DNA of 13,413 nt from Gemmatimonadaceae bacterium (GCA_040902005.1 JBBDYA010000073.1:1-13413), one strand, 5' to 3'; shown: positions 1-8,518, numbered from the stretch's first letter. Notes: generated by a model not told the origin, from the sequence alone. A program made the numbers and translations.

Positions 1-178
1 GTCCATGAAGGCGCTCCAGCCGAAGCCGGAAGGCATGCCCGAGGGGGGGGGTGGGGGCGACGGCGGCACTGGTAGTGGCAATGGCGGCGCCGAGGCAGGC
101 GGGAACGGCGGCGAGAGTGGCGGCGAGAGAAGCGAGCGACGCCCTCCGCGTGGCCGCAGCCGGGAGCGTTCCCGCTAA
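1..178 (+). CDS. pnp: 3' end of a gene entering from the left, probably polynucleotide phosphorylase (end of S1 domain plus disordered tail); partial
   Basis: Frame +2 reads SMKALQPKPEGMPEGGGGGDGGTGSGNGGAEAGGNGGESGGERSERRPPRGRSRERSR* with TAA at 176-178. SMKAL resembles the end of the PNPase S1 domain. pnp followed by an M16 peptidase is a known arrangement (Bacillus, Actinobacteria). Only about 58 codons are visible. Confidence 0.65.
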   Translation, partial: SMKALQPKPEGMPEGGGGGDGGTGSGNGGAEAGGNGGESGGERSERRPPRGRSRERSR

Positions 179-181
179 GCG

Positions 182-1477
182 GTGAGCGCCACCGGCAAGC
201 CCCATCCCAAGGGAGGGGAGGGGCTGCGTCAGACGAAGCTGCCCAATGGACTGACCGTACTCTCGGAATACATGCCGGGAGTGCGGTCGGTTGCCATCGG
301 CGCCTGGGTTCGGGCGGCCTCGCTGCACGAACGGCCCGAGCGCATGGGCGTCTCGCACCTGCTGGAGCACATGGTGTTCAAGGGCACCGGCCGTCGCACG
401 GCGCGTGATATCGCGCTCTCCCTGGAGTGCCTGGGCGGGTCGCTGGATGCCTATACGTCCCGCGAGCACACCGTCTACCAGGCCCGCGTCCTGGACGAGC
501 ATCTGGAGATCGCGGCGGACGTCATTGGCGACATGGTGTTCGAGCCGTCGCTGAAGTCTGACGACCTGACACTCGAGCGGAATGTGGTGCTGGAGGAGAT
601 CGGTATGGTGGAAGACACCCCCGACGATCTCGTCTTCGAACTCCACAACGCCGCGGTGTGGGGTGACCACCCGCTGGGCTACTCCATCCTGGGAACCCGC
701 GAAACGGTCTCCGCCCTGGGAGTGGACGACCTGCGCGACCTGCACGATCGGGCGTACGAACCCTCACGGTTGGTCGTCGCCGCCGCGGGGAGCGTGGACC
801 ACGACCGACTGATCGAGCTGCTGGCTCGAACGGGTTGGGGGGATCGGAGCCCGGGCGTGCGCCCCAGTCCAGAGGTGCCCGCACCGATCTCGGCGGCACC
901 AACCCGGCAGCACGTGCTCCGGAAGGGGAGCCAAAGCCACATCGTCTTCGGCTCGCCAATGATCGGGCATGGGGACGAGCGCCGGCACGCGATGGTCCTG
1001 CTCAGCGTGGTGTTTGGCGGCGGTATGAGCTCGCGCCTCTTTCAGCGCATCCGCGAGGAGCTGGGCCTGGCCTATGCCGTGTACACGTTTCAGACGTTCT
1101 ACGCGGACCGGGGGCTCCACGGGGTGTACGTAGGCACAGCGCCCCGCACGGCCGAAGCGGCACTGGCCGCGATCGAGGAAGAGCTGGGGAAGCTGGTGGA
1201 CACGGGGCTGACGGACGAGGAGATCGCGCAGGGGAAGGGGCAGCTCAAGGGACAGCTGACGCTGTCGCTCGAGAGTCCGACGGCGCGGATGTACCGCGCG
1301 GCGTCCGTGGCCCTGTACGGCGAACCGCACCGTTCGCTGGACGAGATGCTCGCCCTGGTCGACGGCATCTCCCCGGAAACGGTGCACGGGCTGGCGCGTG
1401 AGTTCTATGCGCCGGGGCGGCAGACGGTGCTTACCCTGGGACCACGGCCGGCGGCCAAGCGGCGCAAACGCGGATGA
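182..1477 (+). CDS. M16B (pitrilysin/insulinase family) zinc metallopeptidase
   Basis: Inverted zinc motif HLLEH (HXXEH, nt 356-370) in GVSHLLEHMVFKGT; ERNVVLEE; C-terminal GGGMSSRLFQRIREELGLAY. GTG start is 3 nt after the upstream stop; the exact start is uncertain. Confidence 0.93.
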   Translation: MSATGKPHPKGGEGLRQTKLPNGLTVLSEYMPGVRSVAIGAWVRAASLHERPERMGVSHLLEHMVFKGTGRRTARDIALSLECLGGSLDAYTSREHTVYQARVLDEHLEIAADVIGDMVFEPSLKSDDLTLERNVVLEEIGMVEDTPDDLVFELHNAAVWGDHPLGYSILGTRETVSALGVDDLRDLHDRAYEPSRLVVAAAGSVDHDRLIELLARTGWGDRSPGVRPSPEVPAPISAAPTRQHVLRKGSQSHIVFGSPMIGHGDERRHAMVLLSVVFGGGMSSRLFQRIREELGLAYAVYTFQTFYADRGLHGVYVGTAPRTAEAALAAIEEELGKLVDTGLTDEEIAQGKGQLKGQLTLSLESPTARMYRAASVALYGEPHRSLDEMLALVDGISPETVHGLAREFYAPGRQTVLTLGPRPAAKRRKRG

Positions 1478-1502
1478 AATAATGGCTTAGGGGAGGTATG
1501 TT
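1474..1502 (+). promoter_or_regulatory. Candidate sigma70-type promoter for the ald-mre operon
   Basis: ATGAAA (1474-1479), 17-nt spacer, TATGTT (1497-1502), in an AT-rich intergenic patch upstream of ald. Confidence 0.4.
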
Positions 1503-1554
1503 TCGGTTTGTTTGATCCCTCCGGCGACCACCTGCACTTACTTCACGCCACACG

Positions 1555-2670
1555 ATGAAAATCGGCGTTCCGAAAGAGATAAAGACAAACGAAAACCGCA
1601 TCGCGCTGGTTCCCGCGGGAGCCGAAGCGCTGATCGGCGCCGGACATCAGGTCACCATCGAAACCGGCGGCGGCCTTGGCAGCGGATTTTCCGACGACGT
1701 GTACACGTCCGTCGGTGCGACGATCGCGCCGGACGCGGCGACCGTCTGGAAGACCAGCGACATGATCATGAAGGTGAAGGAGCCCATCGAGCGCGAATGG
1801 CCGCTCATGCGCAAGGGACAGACGATCTTCACCTACTTTCACTTCGCGGCTGACGAAAAGCTCACACGCGCGCACATGACGAGCGGCGCCGTGTGCATCG
1901 CGTACGAAACGGTGGAGTTGCCGAGCCGCGAGCTCCCGCTGCTGACGCCGATGTCCGAGGTGGCCGGCCGCATGGCGGTGCAAGAAGGCGCAAAGTACCT
2001 GGAGAAGCTGTATGGCGGCCGCGGCGTGCTGCTCGGCGGTGTTCCCGGCGTGGCGCCGGCCAAGGTGGTGATTCTGGGCGGCGGTATCGTGGGCATCAAC
2101 GCGGCCAAGATCGCGGCCGGGATGGGCGCCAAGGTCGTCATTCTCGACATCTCGCTCGAGCGGCTGCGCTATCTCTCGGACGTCATGCCCGCGAACTGCC
2201 AGTTGATCTACTCGAACCGCCACAACATCCTCGAGCAGATCACCACGGCCGACCTGGTGATCGGCGGTGTGCTGATTCCCGGCGCCAAGGCGCCGCGCCT
2301 CGTGCGCCGGGAGGATCTCGCATTGATGCAGTCGGGATCGGTGATCGTGGATGTGGCCATCGATCAGGGCGGCTGCGTGGAGACCATCAAGGCCACCACG
2401 CACGAGAATCCCACCTACGTGGTGGACGGCGTGATTCACTATGGCGTGGCGAACATGCCCGGCGGCGTGCCGCGCACCTCCACGCTCGCGCTCACGAACG
2501 CCACGTTGCCCTACGCGATGCAGCTGGCGAAGAAGGGATGGAAGCAGGCGTTGACCGACAGTCTCGCGCTCCGCAGAGGGCTGAACATGTACGACGGCAA
2601 GGTGACGTATCCGGGCGTTGCCGAAGCCTTCGGCCTCGAACTTCACGATCCGGCGGCGGCGCTCTCGTGA
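1555..2670 (+). CDS. ald: Alanine dehydrogenase
   Basis: [15 protein letters not shown] start, [27 protein letters not shown], Rossmann [39 protein letters not shown]; 371 aa, typical Ald length. Confidence 0.97.
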   Translation: MKIGVPKEIKTNENRIALVPAGAEALIGAGHQVTIETGGGLGSGFSDDVYTSVGATIAPDAATVWKTSDMIMKVKEPIEREWPLMRKGQTIFTYFHFAADEKLTRAHMTSGAVCIAYETVELPSRELPLLTPMSEVAGRMAVQEGAKYLEKLYGGRGVLLGGVPGVAPAKVVILGGGIVGINAAKIAAGMGAKVVILDISLERLRYLSDVMPANCQLIYSNRHNILEQITTADLVIGGVLIPGAKAPRLVRREDLALMQSGSVIVDVAIDQGGCVETIKATTHENPTYVVDGVIHYGVANMPGGVPRTSTLALTNATLPYAMQLAKKGWKQALTDSLALRRGLNMYDGKVTYPGVAEAFGLELHDPAAALS

Positions 2671-3740
2671 CCACCAATCCCACGCCACTGGCCTGGCTCC
2701 AGGCGCGTTTCCCCTTTCTGGGCAAGGGCTCGCTCTTTCCCGCCAACGCCATCGGTGTGGACCTCGGCACGGCCAACACGCTCATCTACGTGAAGGGCGA
2801 GGGCATCGTCCTGAATGAGCCGTCGGTGGTCGCCATCGATCGCGAAACAAAGCAGATCAAGGGCGTGGGGCTCGAGGCAAAGCGCATGCTGGGCCGAACC
2901 CCGGAAGGCGTCATCGCGGTCCGGCCGATGAAGGACGGCGTGATCGCGGACTTCGACGTGACCGAGAAGATGCTCCGGTACTTCCTGAAGCTGATCATCG
3001 ACAACCACGTGTTCAAGATGAAGCCACGGGTCATCGTCTGTGTCCCGTCCGGCATTACGGAGGTGGAGAAGCGCGCGGTGCGCGATTCGGCCCTGGGAGC
3101 GGGGGCCAAGGAGGTCTTCATGGTCGCGGAGCCCATGGCGGCGGCCATCGGCGTGGGGCTGCCCGTGGAGACCCCGACGGGCAACATGGTCATCGATATC
3201 GGGGGCGGCACCACGGAAATCGCCGTCATTGCCCTCAGCGGGATCGTCTCGGATACCTCGATCCGGACGGGTGGCGACGAGCTCGATACCGCCATCGTGC
3301 AGTTCTTGCGTAAGAACTACAACCTGCTGATTGGCGAGCCCACCGCGGAGCAGGTGAAGATCCAGATCGGGTCGGCCGCGCCGGTCGGCGATGAGCGGGA
3401 GATGGAGGTCAAGGGACGCGACCTCGTTTCCGGCATACCGAAAACCGTGCGCGTGCATTCCAGTGAAATCCGGGAAGCGATCCAGGAACCGATCCAGCAG
3501 ATCGTGGACGCCGTCCGGCGGGCGCTGGAGATCACTCCGCCAGAACTTGCGAGCGATATCGTGGATCGTGGAATCGTCATGACCGGCGGAGGCGCACTCA
3601 TCCGTGGCCTCGACCTCCTGCTGAGCCAGGAAACCGGGTTGCCCATTCATGTAGACGAGGACCCGTTGACGTGCGTGGTGCGCGGCACCGGACGGATCCT
3701 CGACGACGAGGACAAGTACTGGTCAGTCCTTAGCAGCTGA
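2667..3740 (+). CDS. mreB: Rod shape-determining actin-like ATPase MreB
   Basis: [66 protein letters not shown]. Start placed at the GTG overlapping the ald stop (GTGA, 2667-2670). The upstream part of the 1893..3740 ORF is off-frame ald sequence. Confidence 0.96.
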   Translation: MTTNPTPLAWLQARFPFLGKGSLFPANAIGVDLGTANTLIYVKGEGIVLNEPSVVAIDRETKQIKGVGLEAKRMLGRTPEGVIAVRPMKDGVIADFDVTEKMLRYFLKLIIDNHVFKMKPRVIVCVPSGITEVEKRAVRDSALGAGAKEVFMVAEPMAAAIGVGLPVETPTGNMVIDIGGGTTEIAVIALSGIVSDTSIRTGGDELDTAIVQFLRKNYNLLIGEPTAEQVKIQIGSAAPVGDEREMEVKGRDLVSGIPKTVRVHSSEIREAIQEPIQQIVDAVRRALEITPPELASDIVDRGIVMTGGGALIRGLDLLLSQETGLPIHVDEDPLTCVVRGTGRILDDEDKYWSVLSS

Positions 3741-3751
3741 GCACCGGCCGA

Positions 3752-4921
3752 ATGGCACGACCTGCACGAATGAGCGGCCGACTCGACACGATTGTCTTCG
3801 CGGGATGCGCGATTCTCGCCGTGGTCGCGAGCGCCCTTCCCACGCAGATGCGCGATCCGGTGGCCAGCGGACTCCGCCGTACGATCGTTGCGCCGCTGGT
3901 GGGACTGCAGACGAGCGCGGAACGATGGCGCGCTGCCTGGCAGGAAAGTGAGCGCAGAACGCTTCAGGCGGACTCCATCGCGCTGCGTCTTGCGCAGGGG
4001 AACGCGCTCATCGTCGAGAACGAGCGGCTGCGCCGCCTGCTCGGGCTCGGCAGCCGCCTGGCCTGGGGGTTCATCCCCGCGGAGGCCCTGCACATGGCGG
4101 GGCGCGCCGAAGACGTCATGACCACGCTCACGCTGACGGCGGGAAGCAAGGCCGGCGTCACGCAGTACAGTCCGGTCGTCGCCCCCGAGGGGATCGTCGG
4201 CCTGGTCCAGACCGTGGATCCCAACATGAGTATCGCGATTCTTTTCTCGCACCCGGATTTCCGGGTATGCGCGATGACGGCTGACGGCTCCGCGTTCGGC
4301 ATCGTGTACCCCCACCTCGACGTCCGGCCCGGACGACTCGCGGAACGCTACCTGCTGGAGCTTCGGAACGTGGCATTTGGCGATACACTGCGCGCGGGCA
4401 CGGCGGTCTTCAGTTGCGGGCTGGGGGGCGCGTGGCCCCGTGGAGTGCTCATCGGCATGGTCATCGATGAGGTGAAGGAATCCGAAAGCTGGTCCCGCAC
4501 CTACATTCTCCGTCCGTCCGTGAACCCTGCGCAGGTCAGCAACGTGATGATCATGACGGCGGACAGGCGCACCCAGGGGGTGGGGAACATCTGGGCGGAC
4601 GAAGCGGAGGCTGTGGCCCGGGCCACCGCCGTGCGTCGCATTGTGACCGCCGGCGACTCGGTCACGCGGGAGCAGGCCATGGCGGACGCGGCCGCCCGAC
4701 GACCGGACTCCACCCGGCGCGCCAGTGTCGGTGATTCGCTGCGACAGGTGGTGGATTCGGTGGCCGATTCCCTGCGGCAGGCGCCACGACAGGCGCCGCG
4801 GCCGACCGTACCGCCAGCCCCCGTCCCAGTGCCGCCGCCGGTGGCGCGGGACACGATCGTTCGGGACACGATCGTTCCCGATACCATTCGGCCAGACACG
4901 CTCGCGCGGAGGTTGCCGTGA
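3752..4921 (+). CDS. mreC: Rod shape-determining protein MreC with long low-complexity C-terminal tail
   Basis: N-terminal hydrophobic segment, coiled coil ending ENERLRRLLGL, then AGSKAGV, PVVAPEGIVGLV and GLGGAWPRGVLIG motifs; lies between mreB and mreD. Confidence 0.92.
   Translation: MARPARMSGRLDTIVFAGCAILAVVASALPTQMRDPVASGLRRTIVAPLVGLQTSAERWRAAWQESERRTLQADSIALRLAQGNALIVENERLRRLLGLGSRLAWGFIPAEALHMAGRAEDVMTTLTLTAGSKAGVTQYSPVVAPEGIVGLVQTVDPNMSIAILFSHPDFRVCAMTADGSAFGIVYPHLDVRPGRLAERYLLELRNVAFGDTLRAGTAVFSCGLGGAWPRGVLIGMVIDEVKESESWSRTYILRPSVNPAQVSNVMIMTADRRTQGVGNIWADEAEAVARATAVRRIVTAGDSVTREQAMADAAARRPDSTRRASVGDSLRQVVDSVADSLRQAPRQAPRPTVPPAPVPVPPPVARDTIVRDTIVPDTIRPDTLARRLP
4847..4906 (+). repeat. 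In-frame 15-bp tandem repeat in mreC (RDTIV-RDTIV-PDTIR-PDTLA)
   Basis: CGGGACACGATCGTT occurs twice exactly (4847-4861, 4862-4876), followed by two degenerate units (4877-4891, 4892-4906). Confidence 0.9.
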
Positions 4922-5406
4922 GCTGGGGCAGCGCGGTGCGCACCGCGATCGTGTGTCTCATCCTGATCATGCTGCATTACACGCTGCGGCCGCTCCTCGG
5001 CTGGCGCGCATCGATCGATTTTCTCCTGATCGCGCTGGTGTTTGGCGCGGTGCGCGTGCGTCCCGCCGGCGCGGCGGTCTACGGGTTCATTCTCGGCATC
5101 GCCGCGGACTCGCTGGCGCTGGGCGCGTTTGGTGCCGGGGCGCTCGCCGCAACGATCGTCGGGTATGGCGCGTCGTACATGAAGGCGGTGTTCTTCGCGG
5201 ACAACCTGGCGCTCAACGGATTCTTCCTGTTCGCCGGCAAGTGGCTGTTCGAGTTCGTGTACGTCCTGATGGAACGTCGGATGCAGGGGATGGAGATCCT
5301 GATGCACATCGTCGTCTGGGCACCGATCGCCGCCGCCGTGACGGCGGTCGCGGGCGTCGTGGCGGTCACGGTGCTGCGCCCGATCCTGGAGGTACGGACG
5401 GCATGA
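4918..5406 (+). CDS. mreD: Rod shape-determining protein MreD
   Basis: 162-aa, very hydrophobic; IDFLLIALV and GFILGIAADSL (MreD G..G...D pattern). GTGA overlap with mreC; SD GGAGGT at 4908-4913. Confidence 0.92.
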   Translation: MSWGSAVRTAIVCLILIMLHYTLRPLLGWRASIDFLLIALVFGAVRVRPAGAAVYGFILGIAADSLALGAFGAGALAATIVGYGASYMKAVFFADNLALNGFFLFAGKWLFEFVYVLMERRMQGMEILMHIVVWAPIAAAVTAVAGVVAVTVLRPILEVRTA

Positions 5407-7187
5407 GCTTTCATCCCAACGACGTGGCCCATCGCGGCCGGGCAGCAGCGATCATCAGCACGGGGGTGATCCTCGCTCTGCTCGTGGCCTTTTTCCGGAC
5501 GCAGGTGCTGCGCAACGACGAATTCGCGCTGCAGTCGGAAACCAACCGGTTGCGCGAAGTGCCGATTGCGGCGCCGCGCGGCATCATCTTCGACCGGCAC
5601 GGCAAGATCATCGCCGAGAATGCGGTCGGATACAGCATCTCGGTGCTGGCGCAGTCCGAGGACTCGCTGCGTGGCACGATGCGGCGGCTTGCCCAAACCA
5701 TTCCGCTGTCGCTTCCGCAGATGGAACTCGCGGTGCGGCGTTACAAGCGGGCGCCCACCCGGCCGACCGTCATCATCAATGACGCCCCGTTCGACGCGAT
5801 CGCGGTCCTCGAGGAGCATCGCATCGACTTCCCCAGCCTCATCATCCTGTCCTCGCCCAAGCGATTCTACCCGGAAGGACCGGCGGTGGCATCCTTCGTG
5901 GGATACGTGAGCGAGATCAGCGAGGGCGAGCTGCTGCAGCCGGAATTCGAGCAGTACAAGGCCGGACAGCAGATCGGCAAACAGGGACTCGAGAAGCAGT
6001 ACGAGCAGAGCCTGCACGGACGGGAAGGCAGCCGCTTCGTGGAGGTGGATGCGTTCGGACGGATCGTGCGTGAACAGGGTGCGCAGGAGCGCCGGCCGGA
6101 ACAGGCGGCGTCCCTCCAGACGAACATCGATCTCGACCTTCAGGTGTATGTCGCGTCGCTGTTTGCGGACTCCCTGATCGGCGGCGCGGTGGTGATGGAT
6201 CCCGAGAACGGGGAAATCCTCGCGCTGTACAGCGGCCCGAGCTACGACCCGAATCGGTTCATTGGCGGCATCTCGGCGGCCTACTACGACTCGCTCCAGA
6301 AGAACCCCGCGCGACCGCTGTACAACAAGGCGCTCCAGGGACTGTATCCGCCCGGTTCCACGTTCAAGCTCGCCATTGCCGCGCTGGCGCTCCAGGAGAA
6401 TCTGATCACGCCGGAGTCGCGCATGCCGCAGACGTGCAACGGCTACTTCTACTATGGCAATCGGCCCTGGCGATGCTGGCGGCGGGAAGGACACGGCAGC
6501 CTGGATCTCGTGGGCGCCATCTCGCAGTCGTGCAACGTGTACTTCTATCAGCTGGGATTGAAGGTCGGGCTGCCCCGACTGGTCGCGGGCGGCGTGCAAC
6601 TCGGATTCTCGAGCAAAACCGGCATCGATCTGCCGGAAGAGCTGCGGCCGCGCTATCCCGACGCGATGGCCTATTTCGACCAGCGGCACCCGACCGGGTG
6701 GACGGCCGGCGCCATGTCGCTCAACATCGCGATCGGGCAGGGCGACAACGTGCAGACCATTCTCAACATGGCGCGCTTCTACTCGACGCTGGCCACCGAT
6801 GGATTCGCGCCCACGCCGGAAGTCGTGAAGCGAACCCCGGAGCGGACGCGCGTACTCACCCTGCCCGCGCAACAGTGGGAAGAGGTGCGGCGGGGAATGA
6901 TCGGTGTGACATCCGCGGGTGGCACCGCGGCCAGTGCGGCGCTCAGCGGTGGCGTCACGCTCGCCGGGAAAACGGGCACCGCGCAGACGCAGGCCTTGAG
7001 CCGGGGCGAAACCTGCGACCACGCCTGGTTCGTGGGATACGCTCCCGCTGACAAACCCAGGGTGGTCGTCTCGGTGATTCTCGAGTGCGGCGCACACGGA
7101 TACGCCGCCGCGCGCATCGCGTCCGCGATCGTCGGGAAGCACCTCGGGGTGACCCCGATGCTGATGATGCAGACCGGCGGAGACTGA
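5403..7187 (+). CDS. mrdA: Penicillin-binding protein 2 (class B transpeptidase)
   Basis: Single N-terminal TM, APRGIIFDRHG, IGKQGLEKQYE; catalytic SxxK (PGSTFK), SxN (SCN), KTG (GKTGTAQ); DHAWFVGYAP. ATGA overlap with mreD at 5403-5406; SD GGAGGT at 5388-5393. 594 aa from this start. Confidence 0.96.
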   Translation: MSFHPNDVAHRGRAAAIISTGVILALLVAFFRTQVLRNDEFALQSETNRLREVPIAAPRGIIFDRHGKIIAENAVGYSISVLAQSEDSLRGTMRRLAQTIPLSLPQMELAVRRYKRAPTRPTVIINDAPFDAIAVLEEHRIDFPSLIILSSPKRFYPEGPAVASFVGYVSEISEGELLQPEFEQYKAGQQIGKQGLEKQYEQSLHGREGSRFVEVDAFGRIVREQGAQERRPEQAASLQTNIDLDLQVYVASLFADSLIGGAVVMDPENGEILALYSGPSYDPNRFIGGISAAYYDSLQKNPARPLYNKALQGLYPPGSTFKLAIAALALQENLITPESRMPQTCNGYFYYGNRPWRCWRREGHGSLDLVGAISQSCNVYFYQLGLKVGLPRLVAGGVQLGFSSKTGIDLPEELRPRYPDAMAYFDQRHPTGWTAGAMSLNIAIGQGDNVQTILNMARFYSTLATDGFAPTPEVVKRTPERTRVLTLPAQQWEEVRRGMIGVTSAGGTAASAALSGGVTLAGKTGTAQTQALSRGETCDHAWFVGYAPADKPRVVVSVILECGAHGYAAARIASAIVGKHLGVTPMLMMQTGGD

Positions 7188-8446
7188 TGCTCGTCCGCAC
7201 CAAGGTCACGGTAGACTGGCCGCTCATCGTTTCCGCCCTGCTGCTGTCGCTGTACGGACTGGCCATCGTCTATTCCGCGGGACAGACGGACATCCCGACG
7301 CTCGTTCGCCTGGCCTGGCGGCAGCAGCTCGTCTGGTTCCTGCTGGGCCTGGCCGGCGCGTATGCGATGAGCCGCGCGTCGGTGCGGATGCTGGAATGGA
7401 TGGCGGTTCCGATGTACGTGTTTACCGTGGTGCTGCTGCTGTCCTTGCTGTTCGTCGGCGGCGGCGCGGGCACGGCGGCGAGCACGAAAAGCTGGCTCGT
7501 GGTGGGCGGGTTCCGCCTTGGGCAGCCGGCGGAATTCGCGAAGCTCACCGTGGTATTGATTCTCGCCCGGCTGCTCGCGGGCAAGAAGGACCCACCCAGG
7601 ACGTTGGTCGAGCTCTGGAAGCCGGCGGTCACTGTCGCCATTCCGTGGGTGCTGATCATGCTGCAGCCAGATCTCGGCAGCGGGATCGTGTTCATCGGCA
7701 TCTTCTTCGCGATGCTCTTCTGGGCGGGCATCTCCTGGCGGCTGCTGCTCCTGATCGCGAGCCCCGTGATTTCCCTGATCCTGGTCGCCGCGGGAACAGG
7801 ATTGTGGGGCGCGTGGTTCCTGTTGCTGCTGGCGCTCGTGCTCTGGTACAAGCCCTACATGTGGGAGGGCGTATTCCTCGTCACGACCAACGTCATGATG
7901 GGAGTCGTGGCGCCGCTGCTCTGGGAACGATTGGAGCCCTACCAGCAGCGCCGGTTGCTCGTATTCATCGACCCGTCGCTGGATCCGCGGGGCTCCAGCT
8001 ATCATGTGATGCAATCGAAGATCGCCATCGGATCGGGGGGATGGTTCGGCGAGGGGTTCACCCTGGGCAGCCAGAAACGGCTCGCCTTTCTTCCGGAGCA
8101 GCACACGGACTTCATCTTCGCCGTGCTCGGCGAGGAGTTGGGCTTCCTCGGTGTGGTGGTCGCCCTGGCGCTCTTTCTCGTGCTGTTCCTCCGCATCATC
8201 CGGATCGCTGAGCGCGCCAACGACAGCTTCAGTAGTCTCGTGGCGTTCGGCCTGCTCTCCAGTTGGTTCGTGCATGTCATCGTGAACGTGGGAATGACGC
8301 TGAACCTGATGCCAATCACCGGCATCCCGCTGCCGTTCTTCAGCTACGGGGGGTCGTTCATGCTCGCGAGCTGGCTCGCGGTCGGTGCGCTGCTTCGCAT
8401 CGCGCACGAGGGGCGTGGCGGGAAGCACGGGCCGTTCGCGATCTAG
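7187..8446 (+). CDS. rodA: Rod shape-determining SEDS peptidoglycan glycosyltransferase RodA
   Basis: QPAEFAK, LQPDLGS, QSKIAIGSGGWFGEG, FLPEQHTDFIFAVLGEELGF, PITGIPLPFFSYGGS. ATG at 7187 overlaps the mrdA stop (TGATG); directly follows mrdA. Confidence 0.95.
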   Translation: MLVRTKVTVDWPLIVSALLLSLYGLAIVYSAGQTDIPTLVRLAWRQQLVWFLLGLAGAYAMSRASVRMLEWMAVPMYVFTVVLLLSLLFVGGGAGTAASTKSWLVVGGFRLGQPAEFAKLTVVLILARLLAGKKDPPRTLVELWKPAVTVAIPWVLIMLQPDLGSGIVFIGIFFAMLFWAGISWRLLLLIASPVISLILVAAGTGLWGAWFLLLLALVLWYKPYMWEGVFLVTTNVMMGVVAPLLWERLEPYQQRRLLVFIDPSLDPRGSSYHVMQSKIAIGSGGWFGEGFTLGSQKRLAFLPEQHTDFIFAVLGEELGFLGVVVALALFLVLFLRIIRIAERANDSFSSLVAFGLLSSWFVHVIVNVGMTLNLMPITGIPLPFFSYGGSFMLASWLAVGALLRIAHEGRGGKHGPFAI

Positions 8447-8453
8447 TTCTGGG

Positions 8454-8490
8454 CGGTCCGGCCGAGAACCGGCCGAGACCGGGTTGTTAA
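8454..8490 (+). terminator. Probable intrinsic terminator after rodA
   Basis: Stem CGGTCCGGCCG (8454-8464), loop AGAAC, CGGCCG-A(bulge)-GACCG (8470-8481): 11 bp, GC-rich, followed by GGTTGTTAA. The U tract is imperfect. Confidence 0.55.
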
Positions 8491-8518
8491 CTCCTTCCGC
8501 GCAAACGACATTTCCTGC
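8484..8518 (+). promoter_or_regulatory. Candidate leaderless promoter for accD-folC
   Basis: TTGTTA (8484-8489), 17 nt, GACATT (8507-8512), 6 nt, ATG (8519); no Shine-Dalgarno sequence. Confidence 0.45.

Noticed and set aside
176..184. Stop-codon read-through fusing the upstream gene to the M16 peptidase
   Set aside because: The genes are in frame, but the stop is TAA, no recoding signal is visible, and in-frame neighbours arise by chance one time in three.
1478..1490. IHF-like site AATAATGGCTTAG upstream of ald
   Set aside because: Only a partial match to WATCAANNNNTTR; not distinguishable from ordinary AT-rich promoter sequence.
1492..1522. GGAGG followed by a mini-ORF MFRFV* (1498-1515) in frame with ald, plus a weak GGAGG/CCTCC hairpin, considered as an attenuator or riboswitch
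   Set aside because: SD-to-ATG spacing is only 1 nt, the peptide has no alanine codons, the stem is short and mismatched, and the sequence is better explained as a -10 box.
1893..2666. Apparent long N-terminal extensions on MreB (from 1893), PBP2 (4725), RodA (7085) and FolC (8599)
   Set aside because: The extensions are Arg/Gly/Ala-rich off-frame translations of the upstream genes. Starts at the stop/start overlaps give normal-sized proteins.
8458..8482. CCGGCCGAGA direct repeats as a CRISPR remnant or IS end
   Set aside because: Only two full 10-bp copies with no spacers, and no cas or transposase gene nearby. The hairpin explains them.
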